Shown here: positions 19,694 to 28,333 of the stretch, in pieces
Layout of the letters: each line of letters begins with the position of its first letter
Numbering within the stretch: the stretch's first letter is position 1
NCBI GenBank assembly: GCA_002868855.1
Contig: PKUM01000212.1
Location: 1 to 58,494, forward strand
DNA from: Chromatiales bacterium
GTDB lineage: Bacteria; Pseudomonadota; Gammaproteobacteria; Steroidobacterales; BM003
Direction: 5' to 3'
Length of the DNA stretch: 58,494 nt
Notes under the pieces: generated by a model
What the model was told of the DNA's origin: nothing
The model's input: the letters and a program-made list of their open reading frames with translations, nothing else
The model's database searches: none
Position numbers and translations under genes: made by a program

Positions 19694-20170
19694 ATGCAAT
19701 CGAATCTCACCCTGCCCGATGTAGAAATACTCGAAGTCCTGCAGGCAGACGGGCGTATCTCTAATCGCGACCTTGCCGCAAAGGTGGCCCTCTCGCCATC
19801 GCCGTGCTGGCGCCGGGTACGCATGCTGGAGGAAGACGGCGTCATAGAGCGCTACGTGGCACTGCTCGCTCCCGAAAAACTGGATCTCGCGGTGATTGCC
19901 TTCGCCCATGTTTCGCTAACCGACCACCACCCGGAGTCGGTTGAGGAATTCGATGCCGCCGTCGACCGCGCCCCCGAGGTCCTCGAGTGCTACATGACCA
20001 GCGGCGAACACGACTACATGTTGAAAGTGATCACTGCAGACATGGCGAGCTACGAACATTTTCTTTCGGAAAAAATGCTGCGCCTGCCATCGGTACGAAC
20101 GGTAAATACCGGGTTCGTCCTCCGCCGTAAGAAATACACGACCGCGTTGCCTTTGCCGCATCCAGCCTGA
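19694..20170 (+). CDS. Lrp/AsnC-family transcriptional regulator
   Basis: 158-aa ORF with an N-terminal HTH (LDVEILEVLQADGRISNRDLAAKVALSPSPCWRRVRMLEEDGVI) followed by a RAM/AsnC-C domain. Confidence 0.85.
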   Translation: MQSNLTLPDVEILEVLQADGRISNRDLAAKVALSPSPCWRRVRMLEEDGVIERYVALLAPEKLDLAVIAFAHVSLTDHHPESVEEFDAAVDRAPEVLECYMTSGEHDYMLKVITADMASYEHFLSEKMLRLPSVRTVNTGFVLRRKKYTTALPLPHPA

Positions 20171-20180
20171 CGGTTGGTGT

Positions 20181-21245
20181 TCAGACCTGATCGTAATCCA
20201 CGGTGACGTTGTCGCTGCAGGGCCGCGCCTGACAGGTCAATATGAAACCCGCCTCGACTTCCCAGGGCTCGAGCGCATGATTGACGTCCATTTCGATTTT
20301 GCCCTCCACCAGTTGGGCGCGGCAGGTTGCGCATACCCCGCCCTTGCATGAAAACGGCAGTTCGAGTCCGTGCCGCAAGCCTGCCTCCAGCACCGTTTCG
20401 CCACTCGTCGCAATCGGGAATTGCCGGCGCCGACCATCCACTATGGCAGTAACCGTGGCGGATGCAGTGGTGGCCGCCGCTCGTGCCGCCGCCGGCTTTG
20501 CTTTCGCGCTTCGGAATCGTTCGAAGTGCACGCGATCTTCGGCCACATCGAGCGCGGCGAGCGTCGCTCGCACATCGTCGATCATGCTGCCGGGACCGCA
20601 GACGTACCAGTTGTCCACTCGCTGCGTATCGCAAAAACTCTCGATCAGCTTGCGGCAATGGCGGGCATCGATCCGCCCGTTCAGCAACTCCACGTCCTGA
20701 ACCTCACCGCTCAACACGTGGTACAACGAAAAACGCTGCAGATAGCGGTCCTTGAGATCTGCAAGTTCGCGCCGGAACATCACCTCTTCGGCACTACGGT
20801 TGCCATAGAACAGCACAACCTGGCTCTCGGGTTCGCGTTGCAACAGGGTTTTGACTATCGAGAAAATCGGCGTAATCCCGCTGCCCGCCGCAAACGCAAC
20901 ATGAGTGCGCGAGGACGACGGATCCGGCTGAGCGACAAAATGCCCGGTCGGAGTCATGACCCGCAGTCGCTGTCCTTTGGCCAGGACGCTATTGGCGAAA
21001 TCTGAAAAACGCCCGCCCGGATGGCGTTTGATACCGACCCGCAGACTCTGATCGTCGACGCTGCTACAGATCGAGTACGGCCGGCGAATGCGCTTGCCGT
21101 CGATCTCCGCCTCCAACGTGATGTGCTGACCCGGCAGGTAGGAAAACTCATTGCACAAATTCTCGGGAACGGCGAAACGAACGCACACCGCGTGATCGGT
21201 TTCAGGCCGCACATCGTCGATTTCGAGCTCGTGAAATTTAAGCAT
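20181..21245 (-). CDS. paaE: phenylacetyl-CoA 1,2-epoxidase reductase subunit
   Basis: 354-aa ORF. It has FNR-like FAD/NAD domains (RPYSICS, AGSGITP) and a C-terminal plant-type 2Fe-2S domain (CKGGVCATCRAQ). Confidence 0.9.
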   Translation of the reverse strand: MLKFHELEIDDVRPETDHAVCVRFAVPENLCNEFSYLPGQHITLEAEIDGKRIRRPYSICSSVDDQSLRVGIKRHPGGRFSDFANSVLAKGQRLRVMTPTGHFVAQPDPSSSRTHVAFAAGSGITPIFSIVKTLLQREPESQVVLFYGNRSAEEVMFRRELADLKDRYLQRFSLYHVLSGEVQDVELLNGRIDARHCRKLIESFCDTQRVDNWYVCGPGSMIDDVRATLAALDVAEDRVHFERFRSAKAKPAAARAAATTASATVTAIVDGRRRQFPIATSGETVLEAGLRHGLELPFSCKGGVCATCRAQLVEGKIEMDVNHALEPWEVEAGFILTCQARPCSDNVTVDYDQV

Positions 21246-21251
21246 GATGGG

Positions 21252-21758
21252 TTAGAGGCACTTGAAGTAGTCGAAGGGTTCGGCACAGGCGCCGCATTGG
21301 TAATGGGCCTTACAAGGAGTAGAGCCGAACTCGCTGACGCGGCTGGTTGCCGTTGAGCCACAGCGTGGGCAGGCGATAGCAAGCCCGACGCCACCGAACA
21401 ACCCACGCCCGCGCGCGGCGCTGGCTGCAGGCGGGGCAATACCGTACTCGCGTAACTTGCGGCGGCCGTCGTCGCTGATCCAGTCGGTGGTCCATGCCGG
21501 GCTGATCACGGTGCGAATCTCGGCATCCGGATGGCCGGCCTCGTCCAGAACCTCACGTACGCTTTGCTCGATCATCTCGGTGGCCGGACAACCCGAGTAG
21601 GTCGGCGTGATGGCCACGACGGGATGGCCCTCATCGAAAACATCGCGAACGATACCGAGATCGACAATGCTGATAATCGGAATTTCCGGATCGGGCACCG
21701 ACTGCAGCAACCGCCATATCTCTTCGGTGGCAGTCGTTTTCCCACGCGTGCGGGTCAT
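21252..21758 (-). CDS. paaD: phenylacetyl-CoA epoxidase subunit PaaD
   Basis: The ORF is open to 22040. The ATG at 21758 lies just after the paaC stop and gives a 168-aa protein with VPDPEIPIISIVDLGIVRDV and a C-terminal Cys cluster. The longer form would overlap paaC. Confidence 0.85.
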   Translation of the reverse strand: MTRTRGKTTATEEIWRLLQSVPDPEIPIISIVDLGIVRDVFDEGHPVVAITPTYSGCPATEMIEQSVREVLDEAGHPDAEIRTVISPAWTTDWISDDGRRKLREYGIAPPAASAARGRGLFGGVGLAIACPRCGSTATSRVSEFGSTPCKAHYQCGACAEPFDYFKCL

Positions 21759-21768
21759 GAATGCTGAA

Positions 21769-22545
21769 CTACCATGATGCCCCGGGGTAGGCGCGTTGCA
21801 GAAACTGCATCTCTGCCAGCATGTAGCCGAGGTGCTCGGTATGGCGGCCGTGGCGCCCGCCACTGGCCATCCCGTCGTCAGCGGGCCGGGTAATCGTGGC
21901 TTCGCGAAGAATACGGTCGAGTTGGTTATCCCATTCGCTGCGCAGCACAGCCGGGTCAGCCGCAATCCCCTCGGCGACCAGCGCGGTCTCGACGTCGTCG
22001 GTTTCGAAAAGTTCACCGGTATACCGCCAGATGCGATCAAGCGCGGCCTGCACTCGCTGATGGCTTTCGGCAGTGCCGTCGCCTAGCCGTACGAACCAGC
22101 CCGCGCTGTGCTGCAAATGGTAGCGGCTTTCCTTGGATGCCTTGGCGGCAATTTCTGCAAGCCGGCTGTCGCCTGAGCGCTGCAACTCCTCATACAGCCC
22201 GCACTGGTACAGATCGAAAAGACATTGGCGCACGATCGTGAATGCAAAATCACGGTTCGGCAGCTCGACCAGCAGCAGATTGCGAAAGTCCATGCCGTCG
22301 CGCAGAAACGCGAGGTCGTCTTCGCTGTGCCCGGCTCCCTCGAGTTCGGCCGCGTACGACAACAACATGCGCGCCTGGCCAACCAAATCGAGCGCGAAGT
22401 TGACGAGCGCCATTTCCTCTTCGAGCGCCGGCCCCTTGCCGCACCACTCTCCGAGACGCTGACCCAGGACGAGCGCGTTATCGGCGAGCCGCAACACATA
22501 TTCGAGGCGCGGCTCGGCAGCACGGACATCGATACTGCCGGTCAC
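21769..22545 (-). CDS. paaC: phenylacetyl-CoA epoxidase structural subunit PaaC
   Basis: 258-aa ferritin-like ORF in the conserved position between paaB and paaD. It overlaps paaB by 4 nt. Confidence 0.9.
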   Translation of the reverse strand: MTGSIDVRAAEPRLEYVLRLADNALVLGQRLGEWCGKGPALEEEMALVNFALDLVGQARMLLSYAAELEGAGHSEDDLAFLRDGMDFRNLLLVELPNRDFAFTIVRQCLFDLYQCGLYEELQRSGDSRLAEIAAKASKESRYHLQHSAGWFVRLGDGTAESHQRVQAALDRIWRYTGELFETDDVETALVAEGIAADPAVLRSEWDNQLDRILREATITRPADDGMASGGRHGRHTEHLGYMLAEMQFLQRAYPGASW

Positions 22546-22829
22546 AACACCTCGACCTCGTCAGGGATGTCGTAAAAAGTGGGATGGCGATAAATCTTGT
22601 CGTCAGCCGGATCGAAGTAGGCGTCACGCTCGGCCGGGTCGGAAGCATGGATCGCTGCTGAGGGTACGACCCAGATACTGACGCCCTCCTGGCGCCGGGT
22701 ATAGAGATCGCGCGCGTTCTGCAGCGCCATTTGCTGGTCGGCCGCATGCAGGCTGCCAACGTGCTTGTGACTCAATCCGGTGCGCGAGCGAATAAACACT
22801 TCCCAAAGCGGCCAGTCCTGCTCTGCCAT
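22542..22829 (-). CDS. paaB: phenylacetyl-CoA epoxidase subunit PaaB
   Basis: 95-aa ORF with WPLWEVF.R...G..H.H.GSLHA, characteristic of PaaB. Confidence 0.9.
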   Translation of the reverse strand: MAEQDWPLWEVFIRSRTGLSHKHVGSLHAADQQMALQNARDLYTRRQEGVSIWVVPSAAIHASDPAERDAYFDPADDKIYRHPTFYDIPDEVEVL

Positions 22830-22840
22830 CGAGTTTCTCC

Positions 22841-23869
22841 TCAGGCGGCTTGCGCCGCGGCTCTCTTAGCTTGCTTGCGGGCATAAGCGCGTGCCGCATC
22901 GCGCACCCATCGCCCCTCTTCGTGGGCGCTGCGACGCGCTTCAATCCGCTCCCGGTTACATGGGCCGTTTCCTTTGAGGACGGCAAAAAACTCTTCCCAG
23001 TCGATCGCTCCGAAACGGTAATGACCGCTTTCTTCGTCAAAAGCGAGGTCGGGATCCGGCACCTCAAGACCGAGGTATTCGGCCTGCGGCACCGTGGTGT
23101 CGACGAATTTCTGACGCAGTTCATCGTTGCTGAAGCGCTTGATCTTCCAGGCCATAGACTGCGCAGTGTGGCGCGATTCATTGTCGGACGGGCCGAACAT
23201 CATTAGCGATGGCCACCACCAGCGATTCAGCGCATCCTGGGCCATGCGCTTTTGTTCATCGTTGCCACGGCACAGCGCAAGCATCAACTCGTAGCCCTGG
23301 CGCTGATGAAAACTCTCTTCCCGGCACACCCGCACCATCGCCCGCGCATAGGGACCGTAGGAGCAACGGCACAACGGGATCTGATTCATGATGGCGGCGC
23401 CGTCAACGAGCCAGCCGATCGCACCTACGTCAGCCCAGGTCAGCGTAGGGTAGTTGAAGATACTCGAGTATTTCGCACGGCCGTCGAGCAATTGATCGAC
23501 CATGTCGGCGCGCGAGGTGCCCAGCGTTTCCGCTGCGCTGTAGAGATACAGGCCATGTCCGGCCTCGTCCTGGACTTTGGCCATCAGGATCAGCTTGCGT
23601 TTCAGCGTAGGGGCACGGCTGATCCAGTTGCCCTCCGGCAGCATACCGACTATCTCGGAATGGGCATGCTGCGATATCTGTCTGACCAGCGTCTTGCGGT
23701 AAGCCTCCGGCATCCAGTCGCGCGGTTCGATTTTCTCTTCGCCGTCGATTCGAGCCTGGAATGCGGCTTCGCGCTCACGATCGGCATTCGCGTGCTCTGT
23801 ATTGTCCTGGCTGCCCTGCTGATCCAGTCCCTGCGTATACATGACGGCTATCCCGTAATTGGAAAACAC
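22841..23869 (-). CDS. paaA: phenylacetyl-CoA epoxidase catalytic subunit PaaA
   Basis: 342-aa ORF close to E. coli PaaA ([66 protein letters not shown]). The true start may be the second ATG at 23842. Confidence 0.9.
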   Translation of the reverse strand: MFSNYGIAVMYTQGLDQQGSQDNTEHANADREREAAFQARIDGEEKIEPRDWMPEAYRKTLVRQISQHAHSEIVGMLPEGNWISRAPTLKRKLILMAKVQDEAGHGLYLYSAAETLGTSRADMVDQLLDGRAKYSSIFNYPTLTWADVGAIGWLVDGAAIMNQIPLCRCSYGPYARAMVRVCREESFHQRQGYELMLALCRGNDEQKRMAQDALNRWWWPSLMMFGPSDNESRHTAQSMAWKIKRFSNDELRQKFVDTTVPQAEYLGLEVPDPDLAFDEESGHYRFGAIDWEEFFAVLKGNGPCNRERIEARRSAHEEGRWVRDAARAYARKQAKRAAAQAA

Positions 23870-23919
23870 CCGATATGATACAGATTCCTGATTATCTCAG
23901 CCAATCTTGTAATGCTTTA

Positions 23920-25125
23920 TCAGACCCGCTCCAGAAGCATCGCAATACCCTGCCCCACCCCGATACACATCGTGCAGATGGCATAACGGGCATCGCGATC
24001 CGCAAACTCGTGGGTCGCAGTCGTAACCAGCCTGGCGCCACTCATCCCCAGCGGATGACCGAGTGCGATCGCGCCGCCATTCGGGTTTACATGTTCTGCA
24101 TCGTCGCCGAGACCCAGCCCCCGCAGTACCGCGAGGCTTTGCGCGGCAAACGCCTCGTTGAGTTCGACGATACCGACCTCCTCGAGCCGCAACCCGGTAT
24201 GCACCAGCAACTTGTTGACCGCCGGTATCGGACCTATCCCCATGATCCGTGGGCTAACTCCAGCGACCGTGGTCGCGACGATACGCGCCCTCGGTTCGAG
24301 TCCGTGCACCGCGGCGGCGGTCTCCGAGGCGATCAGCAACGCACAAGCGCCATCGTTGACTCCCGATGCGTTGCCCGCTGTCACCGTGCCATTTTCGCGA
24401 AACGGAGTTCCGAGCCGGGCCAACTGCTCGGGGGTCGTCGATGGTCGCGGATGTTCATCGTGGGTCACGACAACAGGATCTCCTTTCCGCTGCGGCAGGG
24501 TGAGCGGCACGATCTCGCGGGCGAGGCGGCCCGACTCGATCGCACGTTTGGTCTTCTGCTGGCTGCGCCACGCAAATGCGTCCTGATCGTCGCGGCTGAT
24601 GTTGAACTCCGCGGCGACGTTTTCCGCGGTTTCCGGCATCGAGTCGATACCATATTGTTTCTTGAGCAACCGGTTGACGAATCGCCAGCCGATTGTCGTG
24701 TCATAGATTTCCGCGCGCCGACTGTACGCGGTATCGGCCTTGGGCATCACCAGCGGTGCGCGAGACATTGACTCGACGCCACCCGCAACAACGAGCTCGG
24801 CCTCACCACATCGTATGGCACGCGCCGCCATCGCGACTGCATCCAGGCCAGATCCACATAATCGGTTCACTGTCACGCCGCCGACCTCGACCGGTAACCC
24901 AGCAAGCAATCCGGCCATACGCGCCACATTACGATTATCCTCACCGGCCTGGTTGGCGCAGCCGTAGATCAGATCTTCGATCCGGCTGGCATCGAGGCCG
25001 GGATTGCGCGCCACCAATGCCGAGATTGGTATAGCCGCAAGATCATCGGCCCGTACCGCGGCGAGAGCCCCGCCATACCGCCCGATCGGCGTGCGGATCG
25101 CATCGCATACGAATGCATCAGTCAT
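23920..25125 (-). CDS. paaJ: 3-oxoadipyl-CoA / 3-oxo-5,6-dehydrosuberyl-CoA thiolase
   Basis: 401-aa thiolase-II ORF with active-site regions NRLCGSGL, NASGVNDGA and CIGVGQG. Confidence 0.9.
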   Translation of the reverse strand: MTDAFVCDAIRTPIGRYGGALAAVRADDLAAIPISALVARNPGLDASRIEDLIYGCANQAGEDNRNVARMAGLLAGLPVEVGGVTVNRLCGSGLDAVAMAARAIRCGEAELVVAGGVESMSRAPLVMPKADTAYSRRAEIYDTTIGWRFVNRLLKKQYGIDSMPETAENVAAEFNISRDDQDAFAWRSQQKTKRAIESGRLAREIVPLTLPQRKGDPVVVTHDEHPRPSTTPEQLARLGTPFRENGTVTAGNASGVNDGACALLIASETAAAVHGLEPRARIVATTVAGVSPRIMGIGPIPAVNKLLVHTGLRLEEVGIVELNEAFAAQSLAVLRGLGLGDDAEHVNPNGGAIALGHPLGMSGARLVTTATHEFADRDARYAICTMCIGVGQGIAMLLERV

Positions 25126-25573
25126 TGCAAGATTCCCCCTCGCGGATCACGGCCGCATCGGTGCTCACAGTTTCCCCGCGAAACAACGCGATCAGGCGGG
25201 TTTTGTCATCGCGCAATTCGACATCGTAGCTGGACTTGCGGCGACCATGGAACCGCTCCATCGCACTGGCAATAACTACCGTGCCCGCTTCAGCCGAGCG
25301 CAGGAAGTCGATAGTGCAAATCGATGCGACGCTCAGCTTGTTGCGGCTGTTGCTGGCATGCGCCAGCGCTGTGTCCGCGAGCGCAAAGAGAAGACCACCA
25401 TGGCAGACGCCGTGGCCATTCAGCATTGCCGCCGTCACTGCCATCGCCAGTTCGCAATGGCCCGGGCCGCACTCGAGAATTCTGATTCCGAGCATCTGTG
25501 CCGCGCGATCGCGGCTGTGCAGCGATTCGCTGCACTGATGCGCGAGTCGTTCCTGCTGCGTGGGGGCGTTCAT
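25118..25573 (-). CDS. paaI: hydroxyphenylacetyl-CoA thioesterase
   Basis: 151-aa hotdog-fold ORF with NGHGVCHGGLLFALADTA. It overlaps both neighbouring genes. Confidence 0.85.
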   Translation of the reverse strand: MNAPTQQERLAHQCSESLHSRDRAAQMLGIRILECGPGHCELAMAVTAAMLNGHGVCHGGLLFALADTALAHASNSRNKLSVASICTIDFLRSAEAGTVVIASAMERFHGRRKSSYDVELRDDKTRLIALFRGETVSTDAAVIREGESCND

Positions 25574-26358
25574 CGACCTTTGAAGACAGCCGCTCGTTTT
25601 TGCTGGAACGCGGCTACGCCCTCATCGAAATCCTCGGAGAATCCTGCCTTGCGTTGCAAATCGCGCTCGAGATCGAGTTGCGTATCCAGGTCGTTACCGA
25701 GCGACGCATTGATGGCTTTTTTGATCAGCCCGAGACCGTGAGTCGGCGCAGCCGCGAGATGCCTGCTGAGCGCCGCGGTCTCCCCCGCCAGCGCCTCGTC
25801 GTCGACACAGCGCCAGATCATCCCGTATTTTTCCGCCTGTTCGGCCGTAACGGTATCGCCGAGCAACGCAAGCCCCATGGCGCGGGCGTGACCCACCAGT
25901 CGCGGAAGCGCCCACGTCCCGCCGGCGTCCGGAATCAAACCGATTTTGCAAAATGCCTGAATAAACCTGGCCGAACGCGCGGCAAGGACCAGGTCGCATG
26001 CCAGGGCGAGGCTCGCGCCGGCCCCGGCGGCAACGCCGTTTACCGCCGCGACAACCGGCATCGGGAGGTTCTTGAAACGACGGATCAGCGGGTTGTAATT
26101 GTTGTCCAGGCTTTCACCGAGGTCCATTTTTTGCGTTGCAGCGGGATCGCGCTCGTTCAGGTCCTGGCCCGCGCAGAAACCCCTGCCGGTACCGGTGATC
26201 ACAAGGCAGCGAACGGACGCGTCACTCTCTACGATATCCATCGCTGCACGCAGCTCCGCGTGCATCCCGGCGGTAAAGCTGTTCAGGCTGTCCGGCCGGT
26301 TCAGCCTGATCGTTGCGATGCCATCGGCGGATTCGAAAACTATGGTGTCAAAACTCAT
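25570..26358 (-). CDS. paaG: 1,2-epoxyphenylacetyl-CoA isomerase (crotonase family)
   Basis: 262-aa ORF. The segment AVNGVAAGAGASLALACDLVLAARSARFIQAFCKIGLIPDAGGTW closely resembles E. coli PaaG. Confidence 0.8.
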   Translation of the reverse strand: MSFDTIVFESADGIATIRLNRPDSLNSFTAGMHAELRAAMDIVESDASVRCLVITGTGRGFCAGQDLNERDPAATQKMDLGESLDNNYNPLIRRFKNLPMPVVAAVNGVAAGAGASLALACDLVLAARSARFIQAFCKIGLIPDAGGTWALPRLVGHARAMGLALLGDTVTAEQAEKYGMIWRCVDDEALAGETAALSRHLAAAPTHGLGLIKKAINASLGNDLDTQLDLERDLQRKAGFSEDFDEGVAAFQQKRAAVFKGR

Positions 26359-26459
26359 GCCCGCTCCCTGTGCCGGCTATGTGCCGGGGTCGTGCCAACC
26401 GAGACGCGAAGCTTAACGGAATTGTCAGCCCGATAAAAAAATGCGGTGACGGTTAACAG

Positions 26460-27431
26460 TCAAGCTTCAGAACCGCCAAACCGTATTGCCAGCCCGGCAC
26501 CCGCCGGCGGCATCTCGCCATCGATCGCCTGCAGGTTGCGATCGATCCAGTCTTCTGACGCCGGCACCAGGCGACGATAGATGGCGGCACCAAGATCGTA
26601 TGCGCGTTGCGCTGGCCAGTGCGCCGGCCACAGCTCCCGCGGCAGACGCGGATCGCGCAGAACCGCGCGCCGGTACTCATGGACAAGCTGGATACGGGCC
26701 AGCAAAGACGTCCTCGGGTCCGGTTTGCGCAGTCTTGCCAAGGCCGCATGAAGCGGTGAGAAACGCTCGATAAACGCGGTGTAACGTGTGCCGACCTCGG
26801 CCAGCCGGAGCCCCTGTTCCAGCAGCCCGCGTAGCGCCTGCGGCATTGTCTCGCCACCCGTCGTGGCAACCCAGTCGATCATCAGCGCACCGTCTACACC
26901 CTGACGCAATGCCGCAAGCGCTTCGCAATCGCGACGCGGGCTGGCCATCAGTCCCGGAGCAATCTGCGTATAGCCAAGCCATCTGAATTCGCGTTTTAGA
27001 CGCTCGCGCCGGTTCGCCGGTCCACGCAAAAATTGCACTAGACTCCACTTCCCGTCCCAATCGGTTTGCGGCGGGCCGTAAATTTTTCGCGCCGCGATGC
27101 CAAATCGGGATGCGCCGGCGTGGCTGAATCGATAGTAGCTCTGACGTCCGATCTTTTCGGACTCGAGCCAGCCCTCCGCCACCAGCCTGTGAACCGCGGT
27201 GCGCACAAGCCGCTCGCTCAGGCCGAACGGTTCGAGCAATCTGATCAGGCTGCCGAGCCAGACCTCTCCGCCACGCGCGGCGACGACGTCGCCAAATACC
27301 GTGACGATAAGTGAACCCGCGCGCAGCGGCCGCTGCGCGGCGAAGCGCGCCAACTCATGCGCACTCAACGTCTCGAACCGCGTGAGCCGTGTTTTGGGCC
27401 GCGCGGTGCAATGCCGACCGGGCTTGGTCAT
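26460..27431 (-). CDS. paaX: phenylacetic acid degradation operon negative regulator
   Basis: 323-aa ORF with the PaaX-family N-terminal signature SLIVTVFGD......GG.VWLGSLI.LLEPFG..ERLVRTAV.RLV.EGWL. Confidence 0.85.
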   Translation of the reverse strand: MTKPGRHCTARPKTRLTRFETLSAHELARFAAQRPLRAGSLIVTVFGDVVAARGGEVWLGSLIRLLEPFGLSERLVRTAVHRLVAEGWLESEKIGRQSYYRFSHAGASRFGIAARKIYGPPQTDWDGKWSLVQFLRGPANRRERLKREFRWLGYTQIAPGLMASPRRDCEALAALRQGVDGALMIDWVATTGGETMPQALRGLLEQGLRLAEVGTRYTAFIERFSPLHAALARLRKPDPRTSLLARIQLVHEYRRAVLRDPRLPRELWPAHWPAQRAYDLGAAIYRRLVPASEDWIDRNLQAIDGEMPPAGAGLAIRFGGSEA

Positions 27432-27484
27432 AATCGTGGGATTCCCCGATACATCACGCCGACTCTTTCATTCAGGATAAACCG

Positions 27485-28300
27485 ATGGATCTTGCCGCCT
27501 ACACTTCGAATTTTGCCAGCCTGCGCTTCGCGTCCCCCAGCGAACGTGTCCTTGAGATCATTCTCGGCTCCGGCGAGCGCCGCAATGCAGCCGATGCTGA
27601 TATGCATCGCGATCTCGCGCTGGTCTGGCGCCAGGTCGATGCCGACCCGGGCGTCGCCAGTGTCGTCGTTCGGGGTGAGGGTAACAGCTTCTCGTCGGGC
27701 GGCGATTTCACACTGATTCAGGAGATGATCGACGACGACCATGCCCTGCAACGCGTTTGGAAGGAAGCCCGCGACCTTGTCTACAATCTCATCAACTGCA
27801 GCAAGCCGGTGGTTTCAGCCATCCAGGGACCAGCCGTTGGAGCCGGTCTTGCCGTAGCTTTGCTGGCGGATGTCAGCATCGCTGCACCCGACGCGAAAAT
27901 CCTCGATGGGCATACCCGCCTCGGAGTAGCCGCCGGTGACCACTCCGCCATTATCTGGCCGCTGCTCTGCGGCATGGCCAAGGCAAAATATTATCTGCTT
28001 ACCAACGAACCACTGAGCGGCGAGGAAGCCGAACGTATCGGGCTGGTGTCGCGGTGCGTAGCGGCGGAACGGCTCATTGACGAAGCACGGCGCATCGCAA
28101 TGAAGCTGGCCGCGGGAAGCCCGAGCGCCCTGCGTTTTACCAAGTACGCGCTCAACAACTGGCTGCGTATGGCCGGACCGACTTTCGATACGTCGCTGGC
28201 TCTGGAGTTCATGGGTTTTCGATTCGAGGACATTCGAGCGGGTCTCGAGGCGGTGCGCAACAAATCCGCGGCCGAATTCGACCGCGACTGTCCGCTTTAG
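27485..28300 (+). CDS. crotonase-superfamily (enoyl-CoA hydratase/isomerase) protein, atypical
   Basis: 271-aa ORF with the crotonase oxyanion region ([25 protein letters not shown]). By eye, the positions of the two catalytic Glu of canonical hydratases are not Glu. Confidence 0.7.
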   Translation: MDLAAYTSNFASLRFASPSERVLEIILGSGERRNAADADMHRDLALVWRQVDADPGVASVVVRGEGNSFSSGGDFTLIQEMIDDDHALQRVWKEARDLVYNLINCSKPVVSAIQGPAVGAGLAVALLADVSIAAPDAKILDGHTRLGVAAGDHSAIIWPLLCGMAKAKYYLLTNEPLSGEEAERIGLVSRCVAAERLIDEARRIAMKLAAGSPSALRFTKYALNNWLRMAGPTFDTSLALEFMGFRFEDIRAGLEAVRNKSAAEFDRDCPL

Positions 28301-28333
28301 TCTGCTTCAACCAAACGGTCAAAGGGATTCGAG

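Noticed and set aside
21759-22040. N-terminal extension of the paaD ORF, which the ORF track starts at 22040.
   Set aside because: The extension would overlap paaC by about 270 nt and has no PaaD-like sequence. The ATG at 21758 sits just after the paaC stop and gives a normal-length PaaD.
23875-26436. Long + strand ORFs (23875-24771, 25004-25741, 25498-26436) opposite paaJ, paaI and paaG.
   Set aside because: These are shadow ORFs of strongly supported paa genes, with no motifs.
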